Of a stretch of DNA of 64,000 bases, positions 22,265 to 33,699 are shown piece by piece. The first letter of the stretch is position 1. Each line of letters begins with the position of its first letter. Under the pieces are notes generated by a model. The model made no database searches. It was not told the DNA's origin and saw only the letters and a program-made list of their open reading frames with translations. The position numbers and the translations under genes were made by a program. The stretch covers positions 71,052,001 through 71,116,000 of the forward strand of contig OZ360226.1 in assembly GCA_977017645.1 (NCBI GenBank). The letters run 5' to 3'. The DNA is from Torpedo marmorata (lineage: Eukaryota).

Positions 22265-25200
22265 GTGCAAATGAGGTACGTGAGTATAGAAAATGCAAGA
22301 AGAACCTCAAGAAAGAAATCAGGAAGGCTAACAGAAGTCATGAGGTTGCTTTGGCAGACAATGTTGCCTATACCTGTTATACACCTCTCTCTTCCGAACC
22401 AGATCCCCAATATCCCTCGAAAACCAAGGTTCCCTATGCCTTCCAACCTTGCCTTTGATCCTGACAGGAACATACAAACTCTGTGCTCTCAAAATTTCAC
22501 CTTTGATGGTCCTCCACTTACCTCGCACATCCTTGCCCAAAAACAACTTATCCCAATCCACGCATTCTAGATCCTTTCTCATTTCCTCAAAATCGGCCTT
22601 TCTCCAATTTAGCATCTCAACCCGAGACCCAGACCTATCCTTCTCCATAATTAACTTGAAACTAATGGCATGATGATCACTGGACCCAAAATGCTCCCCT
22701 ACGCACACTTCTGTCACCTGTCTTGTCTCGTTTCCTAATAGGAGATCCAGTATTGCACTCTCTCTATATATCGATTTAGAAAACTTTCCTGAACACATTT
22801 GACAAATTCCAAGCCATCCAGCCCTTTTACAGTATGGGAGACCCAGTCAATATGTGGAAAGTTAAAATCTCCTACTATCACAACCTTATGTTTCCTGCAG
22901 CTCTCTGCTATCTCTCTACAGATTTGCTCCTCCAATTCTCGCTGACTATTGGGCGGTCTATAATACAACCCCATGAGTGTGGTCATACCTTTCTCATTCC
23001 TCAGCCTCACCCATATAGCCTCAGTAGACGAGCCCTCTGGTCTGTTCTGCCTGAGCACAGCTGTGATATTTTCCCTGACGAGCAATGCCACTCCTCCCCA
23101 TTTCATCCCCCCCGTTCTATCGCGTCTAAAGCAACGGAAGCCAGGAATATTGAGCTGCCAGTCCTGCCCCTCTTGCAACCAAGTTTCACTAATGGCCACA
23201 ATGTCATAAATCCACGTGCCAATCCACGCTCTAAACTGGTCTGCCTTTCCTACAATACTCCTTGCATTGAAATAGATGCACCTGAGAACATTTCCACCAC
23301 GTTCAACCCGTTGACTTCTAACGGTGCATGCAAGTTTCACATCATCTTTGCCCTCCTCTATCTGCTCTGGCACTCTGGTTCCCCTTCCCCTGCAAATCTA
23401 GTTTAAACCCACCGGAGCAGTACTAGCAAACCTTCCCTCAAGGATATTAGTCCCCTTCCAGTTCAGATGCAAACCGTCCTGTCGGTACAGGTCCCACCTT
23501 CCCTGGAAGAGAGCCCAATGATGCAGAAACCTGAAGCCCTCCCTCCTGCACCATGTCTTTAGCCACGTGTTAAGCTGCATTATCCTCCTATTTATAACCT
23601 CACCAGCACGTGGCACAGGTAGCAATCCTGAGATCACTACCCTGGAGGTCCTGTCCTTCAACCTAGCGCCTAACTCCCTGAACTCTCCTTGCAGGACCCC
23701 CTCACCCTTCCTACCCATGTCACTGGTCCCTATATGGACCATGACATCTGGCTACTCACCCTCCCTCCTGAGAATGCCATGAACTCGATCTGAGATATCT
23801 CAGACCCTGGCACCATGGAGGCAACATACCATCCGGGATACTCGATCTCTTCCACAGAACCTCTTATCTGTCCCCCTAACTATGGAATCCCCTATCACTA
23901 CAGCTCACCTCTTCTCCTCCCTTCCCTTCTTAGCCACAGGACCAGACTCCATGCCAGAGACCTGATCTCCGTGGCTTGTCCCTGGTAGGTTCCCCCCCCC
24001 CCCAACAGTATCCAAAATGGTATACTTGTTATTGAGGGGAACTGCCTGCCTGTTCCCTTTCCCTCTCCTGACTGTCACCCATCTACCATCTTCCTGCCTC
24101 CTAGGTGTTATAGTGTCCCTGTAACTTGTCTATCACCCCCTCTGCCTCCCGAATGATCCGGAGTTCATCCAACTCCAGCTCCAATTCCTTAACTTGGCTT
24201 GCAGGAGCTGCAGCTGGATGCACTCCTCGCAGATGAAGTCGTCAGGGATACTGCTGGCTTCCCTGATGACCCACATTTTGCAAGAGGAGCATTCCCCTGC
24301 CTTGGCTGCCATCCCCACTGTTTATGACTAGATGAACAAAATATATGATATCTAAAAACCTGCCCTTACCTGTGCCTACCTGCTGAATCCTTTTTGTTCC
24401 TCGAATAGAGTGGCCCTTTCTGACTTCAACTCCTACTATTGCTCGCCTCTTACCTGTTCTTGCCAAAGCCTGTTGAGCCAAACCTTACTACTCTGACTCA
24501 GCCCACTCTGACGATGACTGCTTCCTCGACAAAGTCCCTTTGGCAGACAATGTGAAGGAAAATCCTAATGGTTTCTACAGGTATATTAAGAGCAAAAGGA
24601 TAGTAAGGGACAAAATTGGTCCCCTTGATCATCAGAGTGGTTGGCTATGTATGGAGCCAAAAGAAATGGGAGAGATCTTAAATGTTTTGCTTTCATCAGT
24701 ATTCACTTAGGAAAAGGGCACAGAGTCGTGGGAAGTAAGGAAAACGAGCAGTGAGGTCATGGAATCTATACAGATTAAAGCGGAGGAAGTGCTTGCTGTC
24801 TTAAAGCAAATAAGGGTGGATAAATTCCCAGGGCCTGACAAGATATTCCCTCGGACCTAGAGAGAGGCTAGTGTAGAAATTGCAAGGGCTCTGGCAGAAA
24901 TATTTAAAATGTCCTTAGCCACAGGTGTGTTTGTCATCTATATCGATGATCTGGATGATAATGTGGTAAATTGGATCAGCAAGTTTGCAGATGACACTAA
25001 GATTGGAGATGTTGTGGACAGCGAAGAAGGTTTTCAAAGCTTGCAGAGGGATCTGGACCAGCTGGAAAAATGGGCTGAAAAATGGCAGATGGAATTTAAT
25101 GCAGACAAGTGTGAGGTTTTGCATTTTGGAAGGACAAACCAAGAAAGGACATACACGGTAAATGGTAGGGCACTGAGGAGTGCGGTAGAAAAGAGGGATC

Positions 25201-25891
25201 TGGGAATACAGATACATAATTCCCTGAAAGTGGCGTCACAGGTGGATGGGGTTGTAAAGAGAGCTTTTGGCATATTGGCCTTCATAAATCAAAGTATTGA
25301 GTACAGGATTTGGGATGTTATGTTAAAGTTGTATAAGACATTGGTGAGGCCAAATTTGGAGTATTGTGTGCAGTTTTGGTCACCTAACTACAGGAAAGAT
25401 ATCAATATGATAGAAAGAGTGCAGAGAAGATTTACTAGGATGTTGCCCGGACTTCAGGAACTGAGTTACAGGGAAAGGTTAAACAGGTTAGGACTTTATT
25501 CCCTGGAGCGTAGAAGAATAAGGAGAGATTTGATAGAGGTATTTAAAATTATGAGGGGGATAGACAGAGTAAATGTAGATAGGCTTTTTCCACTGAGAGT
25601 AGGTGAGATACAAACCAGAGGACAAGGGTTAAGGGTGAAAGGGGAAAAGTTTAGGGGGAACTTCTTCACACAGAGAGTGGTGGGAGTGTGGAACGAGCTG
25701 CCAGCTGAAGTGGTGAATGCGGGCTTAATATTAACGTTTAAGAAGAATTTGGACAGGTACATGGATGGGAGGGGTATGGATGGCGATGGACTGGGTGTAG
25801 GTCAGTGGGACTAGGCAAAACAAATGGATCGGCACAGACTAGAAGGGCCGAAGGGGCCTGTTTCTGTGCTGTAATGTTCTATGGTTCTATG
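22265..25891. mobile_element. Near-full-length CR1 LINE with inverted 5' half and internal RT deletion
   Basis: Minus strand 22364-24537: ORF1 zinc finger (CSSC...CEEC), SGNH esterase (VHIGTSD, DGLHL) and APE endonuclease (NARS, SETW, YRPP, GDFN, SDH). Plus strand 22265-22364 and 24538-25891: linker and RT end (KFADD), with a TTCTATGG-type tail. Confidence 0.9.
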
Positions 25892-26344
25892 TGAGCATTA
25901 TACTGTTATAAACAATGTAAACAAATGTTGGCATGACTGTAAATAAAACAAACTGTAATTGCAATAGCATAAGAAAACATTAAGTGCTAAATAAATTGTT
26001 ACTTATTAAACCATTTTTAAGGGGGGATGGGAGCTGAGTTGAGCATTATATTTGTCACATTACTTTGCTCAAGTAATGATAGAACAGCAACATGAGTGAA
26101 CAGTTTGCTTTAGTGGAATTTGTAGTAATATATCATTTACTTACAAGTACATGGCAAAAATAGCTTTAATAAGATAAACAGTTCTCATTGATAACAATAC
26201 TTAATAATGGGAGGACAAAATTAGACAGTAGTGGGAAGTGGGTGCAGAAATTGAGGTACCTTATGAACTGACTGCAATCCAGGCACCATTACCAAGCTTG
26301 TATGCCTGCTCATCGGACTGAGTTCAGTTTCCAGTAAATAGGAA

Positions 26345-26655
26345 GGCGTGTGACATGTGGTGTACCGCAGGGATCGTGCTGGCACCACTCTTGATCATCA
26401 TTAATATTAATGACCTGTATGAAAATATAGGTGGCGTAGTTAATAAGTTTGTGTATGACACTAAAATCTGGTACAGTGGGCAATGGGGAAAGTTATCAAA
26501 GTTTAAATGTGATCTTGATCAACTGAGTAGGCCATGGAATGGCAGATGGAATTAAATTTGGTGTTGCATCTTAGTTAGTCAAACTCGGCTAATGCTTGCA
26601 CACTTGATGGTAGAGCCCTGGGGAGAGTGGTAGAACAGAGTTACAGGTACATTGT
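26345..26655 (+). mobile_element. Degenerate CR1 RT fragment
   Basis: GVPQG-like region and LAPLL...INDL...KFVYDTK. Confidence 0.6.
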
Positions 26656-27851
26656 TCTTCATTGTCTTTACTCTGTTGATGGAGCTGCTGAATCAAGGGT
26701 TTCTGCCATAACTAATAAGAAATGAACAGGAACGCTTCTTCAGTCTGTTTCGAATGTATGCCATGGAATGTTTCTGAGGATCATGAAGAGGAAAGAGTTT
26801 TCTATCCTGTCAGTGTAAGTTAATGAACATATTTGAATAGAACCCACAGCTTCTAGTCTCAATTTACATCAATATTCATTTTTTAATTCATGCATATCTG
26901 TTCCATGAGTATTAACTTTGAAATTTCACTTTTGGTAATGTGATTTATCCAATATTCATTTGGCAATTGTAGTATAATTCCAGTGCTGAACTTGAACAAC
27001 CCATACTGTTTATCCATCAGGCTCTTTGGAGCCTGATGCCAAATCATTCTGTACTCTTATTGCTGGGAAGGATGAAGAAAACATATTTTGTTCTGAGATC
27101 TTGCTTAATAATTGTTACCAGGCGTGGAACCATTGTCCTGCTGTTTTTTAATTCCCGATAGTCCAATTGGGTGAATTTACAATTCTTATGTCCTGATAAA
27201 ATGAGAAACATTCTGCTCTGGGACATAATTAACGTACTTTAACCAAATTTATTAAAAACTTTGTTTATCTCCAGTGTAAGATAGTCATGAAAGATTAAAT
27301 GTTTTGAACAGATCAGTGTTCAAATTGTACTGATTTTTACAATTATTCTCCTGCTATGCTTATACAATTTGGAACCATACAATTCCCCCAATTCTGATTT
27401 TTCTCATTTTAATTGATGTTCAGTTACTGTTTCTTGAGTGGCAATTCATCTTAATTGGGGAGTCATTAATCAACCTTGATCTGAATCATGCGTTTCAGCA
27501 ACCTGTTCAACTATTTAAGTGCCAGAGCCAAGTTTAATCTTTTCTCATCTGAAGTGCAGGCAGGCTGGTGGATGATGATCACAAGCTGAACCAGTAAGCA
27601 TACTTAGGCTGTTTTTTTGTTTTTTTTTCAATATTTTATTTAAAATTTTTAAATCACACAATACACAGTTTAAAACGCAAATTTCTCAAATTACATGTGA
27701 TACATTTTCACCCCCCCCTCCCCCCCACCCTCCCCTCCCTAACCCTCCCGAAAAGAAAGAAAGAAGAAGAAAAGGATAGAGTAAGAACAACTATAAACTG
27801 ATCTTATTGTGGAGGATAGGCTCGCCAGCCACACACGATGTCCAGAGATCT

Positions 27852-30800
27852 TCAAATCCTTAAACCCACAATTTTTATATATGGGCTCCATACTTCCAAA
27901 AAGAAATGATACTTATCACGTAAATTATATGTAATTTTTTCGAGTGGTATGCAAGAACGCAATTCTGCGTGCCATCTTTCCATCCCCAAATCTACATCCG
28001 ACTTCCATGTAGTGGCAATACATTTCTTAGAAACGGCCAAAGCAACACGCAAAAACTCCGTCTGGTACATATTCAATTTCACTCCAACACTGGTTCCTTC
28101 AATATCTCCAAACAAAAATATCATCGGATCCATTGGAAGTGTAGTTCCTAATACTTTATCTGAAAAATTTTTAACTTTCAACCAAAAATCATAAACTTTT
28201 GGACAAAACCATGTAGAATGTACAAAAGAACCTTCCTCTTTATTACATCTAAAACATAAACCAGATAATGTCGGATTAAATTTCTTTAGTCTTTTAGGTG
28301 TTAAATATAGTTGATGAAAAAAATTATATTGCACCAATCTATATCTAACATTAATAATCTTCGTCATACTTTGTTTACATAATTTTTTCCAGTGTTCTTC
28401 ATCTATTGTTATATTCAAATCTTTTTCCAAATTTAATCTTGATTTATGAATTCCTGTTTTAGGAAGTTTCCTCTGTAACAATCTGTACATTTGAGAAATA
28501 AATTTAGGCACACCTCCATTAGTAACTAATAATTCCAATTCAGTCTGTCTTGGTAAGATCAAACCGCGGCCCAACCTTTCCCCTAAAAACGCCCTAATTT
28601 GATAATAAGCAAAGATTGTATTATTTGCTACACTAAATTTATCTTCCATTCTCTGAAACGTAATAAATTTACCAGCTTCAAAACAATCATTTATTTCCTT
28701 AATTCCCTTTTGGTACCAAATTTTAAATAGTTGATTATCAACAGTAAATGGAATAAGTTCATTTTGATATAGAGGCATTCTTCGAGAAATTGATCCTTTC
28801 GCTCCTATTTCTCTATCCACTCTATTCCATATTTCTAACAAGTGCTTAAAAATAGGAGAATTTTTCCCTCTTGTTAATAATAATTTAGAATTCCATTTAT
28901 AAATGACTTCTTCTTTCAAATCCTCTCCTATATTATTTAATTCTATTCTCATCCAAGCAGAGAGCTTCCCTAAATCAAACAATTCGTTAATAAATTTTAG
29001 TTGGGCTGCTTTATAATAATATTGAAAATTAGGAAGCTTTAGACCACCCATTTCGTAGTTCCAGGTTAATTTCTCCAATCCTACTCTCGCCAACTTTCCT
29101 TTCCACAAAAATGTCCTAATAATTAAATTTAAATCCTTAAAAAACTTCTGAGGGATTTCATAGGGAATTGATTGAAAAAGATACTGAATTCTCGGAAAAA
29201 TGTTCATTTTAATACAATTTACCCTTCCCATTAAAGTTATAGGCAAATCCTTCCATCTCTCCAAATCCTTTTTTATATTCACAAATAGTGGTAAATAATT
29301 TAATTTATACAAATTGGATAATTTTGTATCAATCTTTATTCCCAAATATTTAATTCCTCCCTTTGCCCATTTAAATTGTGTAATTTCTTTACAATCGTTA
29401 TAGTCCCCTTGTGTTAAAGGCATAATTTCACTTTTATCCGAGTTAATCTTGTAACCAGATATTCCCCCAAATTCTTTCAATAAAACAGACAATTGTGTTA
29501 GAGAATTAATAGGTTTTGTCATATATATCAATACGTCATCTGCAAACAAACTAATTTTGTGTTCTTCCTTACCAACTTTAATACCTGCAATCTTACTATC
29601 TTGTCTAATTAATTCGGCTAAAGGTTCTATTGCTAAAATAAACAATGCTGGCGATAAAGGACACCCTTGTCTAGTAGATCTGGTTAAGGAAAATTTTGAA
29701 GATGTTTGACCATTTGTGACCACTCTGGCAGACGGTTCTTTATATATAGTTTTAATCCAATTAATAAATGTATTTCCAAAACCAAATTTTTCCAGTACCT
29801 TAAATAAATAATTCCACTCTAATCTATCAAAAGCCTTTTCGGCATCTAATGTTAATACTAATGACAGTTCTTCTCTTTTTTGTGCCACGTTTATTAGACT
29901 AATTAATCTAGCGATATTATCTTTTGAATATCTGTTTCTAATAAAACCTGCCTGATCTCCATGGACTAAGACTGGTAAGAACTTAGCCACTCTGTTTGCA
30001 AAAATTTTCGCCATTATTTTATAATCCACATTTAACAACGATATTGGTCTATATGATTCTGTTCTCAACAAGTCTCTATCTCTTTTCGGTATAACTGTTA
30101 TTAATGCATTAGTGAAGGATTCCGGTAGAGAATGGGTTTCCGTTATTTGTTTTAACACCTCCATATAAGGAGGAATCAATAAGTCCTTAAATTTCTTATA
30201 AAACTCTGATGGGAAACCATCCTCCCCCGGAGATTTCCCACTTGTCAAAGAACTAAGAACCCCATCGACTTCCCTCATCGTAAATGGTGAATCTAAAGAT
30301 TCTTTACTAAGTGTATCTAATCTGGGCATCTTAATTTTGGATAAAAATGTGTTAATTTTAGAATCATCTTTATCGGCTTGAGATGTATATAAATTCAAAT
30401 AAAAATCTTTGAAAGAATCATTTATTTCTCGCGGTTTATAAGTTATTTTCTTAGAATTCTTTTTTATAGCCGTTATAGTTCTAGAGGTTTGTTCCTTCTT
30501 TAATTGCCAGGCTAAAACTTTATGAGCTCTTTCTCCCAGTTCGTAGTACCTTTGCTTAGTCCTTTCAATGAGTTTTTCCAATTTATGTGTTTGTAACGTA
30601 TTATAATATAACCTTTTCCCAATTAACTCCTTCTTCTTTTCTTCTGATCTCTTCTTTTGTAGATCCTTCTCCAAAAATTCAATCTCCTTCTCCAAATTAT
30701 CCAATTCCTGAATATTTTCCTTCTTAACTTTTGCTGAATAACTTATTATCTGACCTCTTAAATAAGCCTTCAAAGCATCCCAAATAATAAATTTGTTTTC

Positions 30801-31640
30801 CATGGAATCCTTATTAATCTGTAAAAATTCTTGGATTTCTCTTCTTATATATTTACAAAAATCCACTCTCTTTAGTAAAGAAGAGTTAAACCTCCATTTA
30901 TATATAATTTTTTCTTTTTCTGGAATTATGCACGACATTAATAAAGACGAGTGGTCAGAAATTAATCTAGCCTTATATTGTACTTGAGTCACCCTATCCT
31001 GTAATTGTGATGACAGCAAAAACATGTCTATTCTAGAATAAGAATCATGTCTAGAGGAATAAAAGGAGTAATCTTTTTCTCTCGGATTCAACTTCCTCCA
31101 AATATCAGTTAGATTCAGGTCTTCCATCATCGTTAGAATTCTCTTTGCAGTTTTAGTTCTAATTATTGATTTGGATGTTTTATCCATTACTGGGTCCAAG
31201 CAACAATTAAAATCTCTACCAATTAAAATATTATCATATGCCTCTGACAGATGCATAAAGGAATCTTGAATAAATTGATCATCTTGCGTATTCGGCACAT
31301 ATATATTCATAAGAGTCCACATTTCTGAGTATATCTGACAGTTTATTAAGACGTATCTTCCTGACCCATCAGTAACCACTGAATGTATTTTAAGGGGTAG
31401 CTTCTTATTAACTAGAATAGCGACCCCTTTAGCCTTGGAATTAAATGAAGACGCCACCACTTGACCAACCCAATCTCTTTTCAACTTCTGATGTTCTAAA
31501 TCAGTCAGATGCATCTCCTGTAACAAAGCTATATCTGCATTCAGTTTTTTGATGTACGCTAAAGTTTTCTTCCTTTTAATAGGGTTATTGAGCCCATTTA
31601 TATTAATACTAACTACATTTATTAATTTACTGTACGCCAT
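27852..31640 (-). CDS. L1 ORF2p (APE endonuclease, reverse transcriptase, CCHC domain), 1262 aa
   Basis: Uninterrupted ORF with NING, QE, DFN, SRID, SDH, SPGEDG, YRPISLLN, LDAEKAFD, RQGCPLSP, LFADD, YLG and CFRC..H..W.C. Confidence 0.95.
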   Translation of the reverse strand: MAYSKLINVVSININGLNNPIKRKKTLAYIKKLNADIALLQEMHLTDLEHQKLKRDWVGQVVASSFNSKAKGVAILVNKKLPLKIHSVVTDGSGRYVLINCQIYSEMWTLMNIYVPNTQDDQFIQDSFMHLSEAYDNILIGRDFNCCLDPVMDKTSKSIIRTKTAKRILTMMEDLNLTDIWRKLNPREKDYSFYSSRHDSYSRIDMFLLSSQLQDRVTQVQYKARLISDHSSLLMSCIIPEKEKIIYKWRFNSSLLKRVDFCKYIRREIQEFLQINKDSMENKFIIWDALKAYLRGQIISYSAKVKKENIQELDNLEKEIEFLEKDLQKKRSEEKKKELIGKRLYYNTLQTHKLEKLIERTKQRYYELGERAHKVLAWQLKKEQTSRTITAIKKNSKKITYKPREINDSFKDFYLNLYTSQADKDDSKINTFLSKIKMPRLDTLSKESLDSPFTMREVDGVLSSLTSGKSPGEDGFPSEFYKKFKDLLIPPYMEVLKQITETHSLPESFTNALITVIPKRDRDLLRTESYRPISLLNVDYKIMAKIFANRVAKFLPVLVHGDQAGFIRNRYSKDNIARLISLINVAQKREELSLVLTLDAEKAFDRLEWNYLFKVLEKFGFGNTFINWIKTIYKEPSARVVTNGQTSSKFSLTRSTRQGCPLSPALFILAIEPLAELIRQDSKIAGIKVGKEEHKISLFADDVLIYMTKPINSLTQLSVLLKEFGGISGYKINSDKSEIMPLTQGDYNDCKEITQFKWAKGGIKYLGIKIDTKLSNLYKLNYLPLFVNIKKDLERWKDLPITLMGRVNCIKMNIFPRIQYLFQSIPYEIPQKFFKDLNLIIRTFLWKGKLARVGLEKLTWNYEMGGLKLPNFQYYYKAAQLKFINELFDLGKLSAWMRIELNNIGEDLKEEVIYKWNSKLLLTRGKNSPIFKHLLEIWNRVDREIGAKGSISRRMPLYQNELIPFTVDNQLFKIWYQKGIKEINDCFEAGKFITFQRMEDKFSVANNTIFAYYQIRAFLGERLGRGLILPRQTELELLVTNGGVPKFISQMYRLLQRKLPKTGIHKSRLNLEKDLNITIDEEHWKKLCKQSMTKIINVRYRLVQYNFFHQLYLTPKRLKKFNPTLSGLCFRCNKEEGSFVHSTWFCPKVYDFWLKVKNFSDKVLGTTLPMDPMIFLFGDIEGTSVGVKLNMYQTEFLRVALAVSKKCIATTWKSDVDLGMERWHAELRSCIPLEKITYNLRDKYHFFLEVWSPYIKIVGLRI

Positions 31641-32023
31641 TGCTGATGTACAGTAACTTTCTCTCCCTCGGATCCGCTGGCTCCCCCCCCCACATCTGTA
31701 AACTATTTGACACCTCCTTAGAAGAAAAAAGAGAAAAGGATATAAAAAGAGAATAGAGAACTAGAGAACCCCCTATATATAATACTGGTAAATTTACACC
31801 AGTACTACCCCCCTCCATTGCTCGGGAAGTGGCCCTCGCCACTAAAATGACGCGCGACTAGGTCAAGTAAGACCAGAAGTCCACCTCCCCCATACAGATT
31901 CCGAACAAATTATGTTATCGTCTCTTCGTCAAACAACTCCAAGATTCCTATTAACTTAATCTTCATTGGTTACTACCCCATCGACATGTTCCAAAACTCT
32001 TGACGAGAGCAATTTTAAGCCAG

Positions 32024-33382
32024 TCAGATGATTTGGTGACGCTCCGTAGAACCTTGACCTTTCTTTGAGTCCGGAAGCTTATTTGCATGATGTAAAGCTT
32101 CTTGGGGATCAGTAAAGAACATTGATTGGTTCTCTGCAGACTGCACTCTCAATGTCGCAGGATACCTAAAAGAAAATTTATAACCTTTTCCCCACAAAAC
32201 CGCTTTCGCCGGATTAAATTCCTTCTGTTTCTTTATGATTACCGAGCTCAAATCTGCGTAGAAAAATACTCTGCTCTTATCGATTCTTAACGGACCCTGC
32301 TGAATTCTTGCCTTTTGAATAGCCAATTTCAATATTTTTTCCTTATCCTGATATCTTAGGCATCTGATTAGAATTGAGCGTGGCCTTTGATCAGGATACG
32401 GTTTCCTCCTGCTATCCCTGTGGGCTCTGTCCAGTTCAAGTCCATTCGGAAAGTGATCCTTTCCTAAGGTCTGCGGGATCCAGTCTTGAAAAAAAGTAGT
32501 TGGATTGGTTCCTTCAAAATCCTCGGGCAGTCCCACAATTTTAATATTATTTCTACGGCTTTGATTTTCTAATACATCTAATTTTTGTAACAGTTCTTTC
32601 TTTTGCAGCTCCCAACCCGTGAACGAATCTTCCACTTTGTCCACTCTGTCTTTGTAGTTCACCAAATCTTCGTCGTGTTCCTCAACCTTTTCCTCAATTT
32701 TCTTGACCCTCGATGACACTTTATCCACAATAATTGAAAGCTTCTTCATAGCTTCTTTAACAGCTTTTATTTCTTCCCTAATTGCTTTAAATCCATATTG
32801 CATACGTTGATTCAGTGATGCAACTTCTTTTGTTAATCTGTCCATTGCTTCTATCATTGACTTTGCTAACTCTTGCCCACCTAAAAGCATTGGAGCCTCC
32901 TCTTCATCACTTTCTTCTTCCTCCCCCTCTCCCTCCAACTCTTGTAATCCTTCTTCCCCTTCATATTCTTCTTGTTCCTCTCTTCTTCTTTTCCCTGGAT
33001 CTGCCGATGTTAGAATGTCCTGCTCAGCATCACAGCTGAGCATTAGCGTTGAACTGTCACTGTCAGCTGTGGCTGACAGTTCTCGAGCGTCTTCGCGCAT
33101 GCGCGTCGTTCCGCGCATGCGCAGTGGGTCCGCCGGAAGTGGCCCGACCGGAAGTTGTAGTTCTTTACAACTCCGGGCCCCAGCGCCATTTTCCCCAGTT
33201 CCCCGGGAGGGCGGCGTTGGTGCTCCAGGTACCTTCGCCGTCTTCTTCTGTGTCTTCCGCGGGGGGAGAGGAGCTTGTTCCCGAGGCTTCAACACCAAGG
33301 TAGGCCGATTTTTCTCCTGACCTAAACTTTCCCTTAACACTGTTTTCTTTAATTTCCCTTCCTTCATTCTTTTACTGGACAT
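32024..33382 (-). CDS. L1 ORF1p (coiled coil, RRM, CTD) with a long disordered/acidic N-terminus
   Basis: Open frame from ATG at 33382. Heptad region followed by LENQSRRNNIKIVGLPE, DRAHR, PRSILIR, FYADLS and YPATL. Confidence 0.9.
   Translation of the reverse strand: MSSKRMKEGKLKKTVLRESLGQEKNRPTLVLKPREQAPLPPRKTQKKTAKVPGAPTPPSRGTGENGAGARSCKELQLPVGPLPADPLRMRGTTRMREDARELSATADSDSSTLMLSCDAEQDILTSADPGKRRREEQEEYEGEEGLQELEGEGEEEESDEEEAPMLLGGQELAKSMIEAMDRLTKEVASLNQRMQYGFKAIREEIKAVKEAMKKLSIIVDKVSSRVKKIEEKVEEHDEDLVNYKDRVDKVEDSFTGWELQKKELLQKLDVLENQSRRNNIKIVGLPEDFEGTNPTTFFQDWIPQTLGKDHFPNGLELDRAHRDSRRKPYPDQRPRSILIRCLRYQDKEKILKLAIQKARIQQGPLRIDKSRVFFYADLSSVIIKKQKEFNPAKAVLWGKGYKFSFRYPATLRVQSAENQSMFFTDPQEALHHANKLPDSKKGQGSTERHQII
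33095..33192. promoter_or_regulatory. Cluster of NRF1-, ETS/GABP- and YY1-type motifs inside L1 ORF1
   Basis: GCGCATGCGC at 33095 and 33113, CCGGAAGT at 33133 and 33148, GCGCCATTTT at 33183. Function is inferred only. Confidence 0.45.
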
Positions 33383-33699
33383 CTCTGAACCTTTCCTCCA
33401 CACTTTAACTTTATTTTAATAACACTAACTTTCTTTTCGTCTATTTTTAATTAAATCCGTTGGGAGAGGTGTAATAACCCGTCTCCACCTCACGTCATCA
33501 CGTGACACCCCCATACTTAGGCTGTTTGTAATTTTCCCCTGGCAAATTTCTACAGATGTGTGGTAGAAAGTATGCTGTATCACGGTCTGGTATGGGAACA
33601 CCAATACCCCTGAGTGTAAAGCCCTCCAAAAGGTAGTGGACACAGCCCAGGACATTTCTGGCAAAACCCTCCCCACTATTCAGTACATCTCAGAAGAGA

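Larger units (their letters stand above)
27615..33511 (-). mobile_element. Full-length L1 retrotransposon
   Basis: 16-bp TSD CATACTTAGGCTGTTT (27599-27614, 33512-33527), G-rich 5' end, two open ORFs, 3' UTR with AATAAA and an A tail. Confidence 0.97.
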
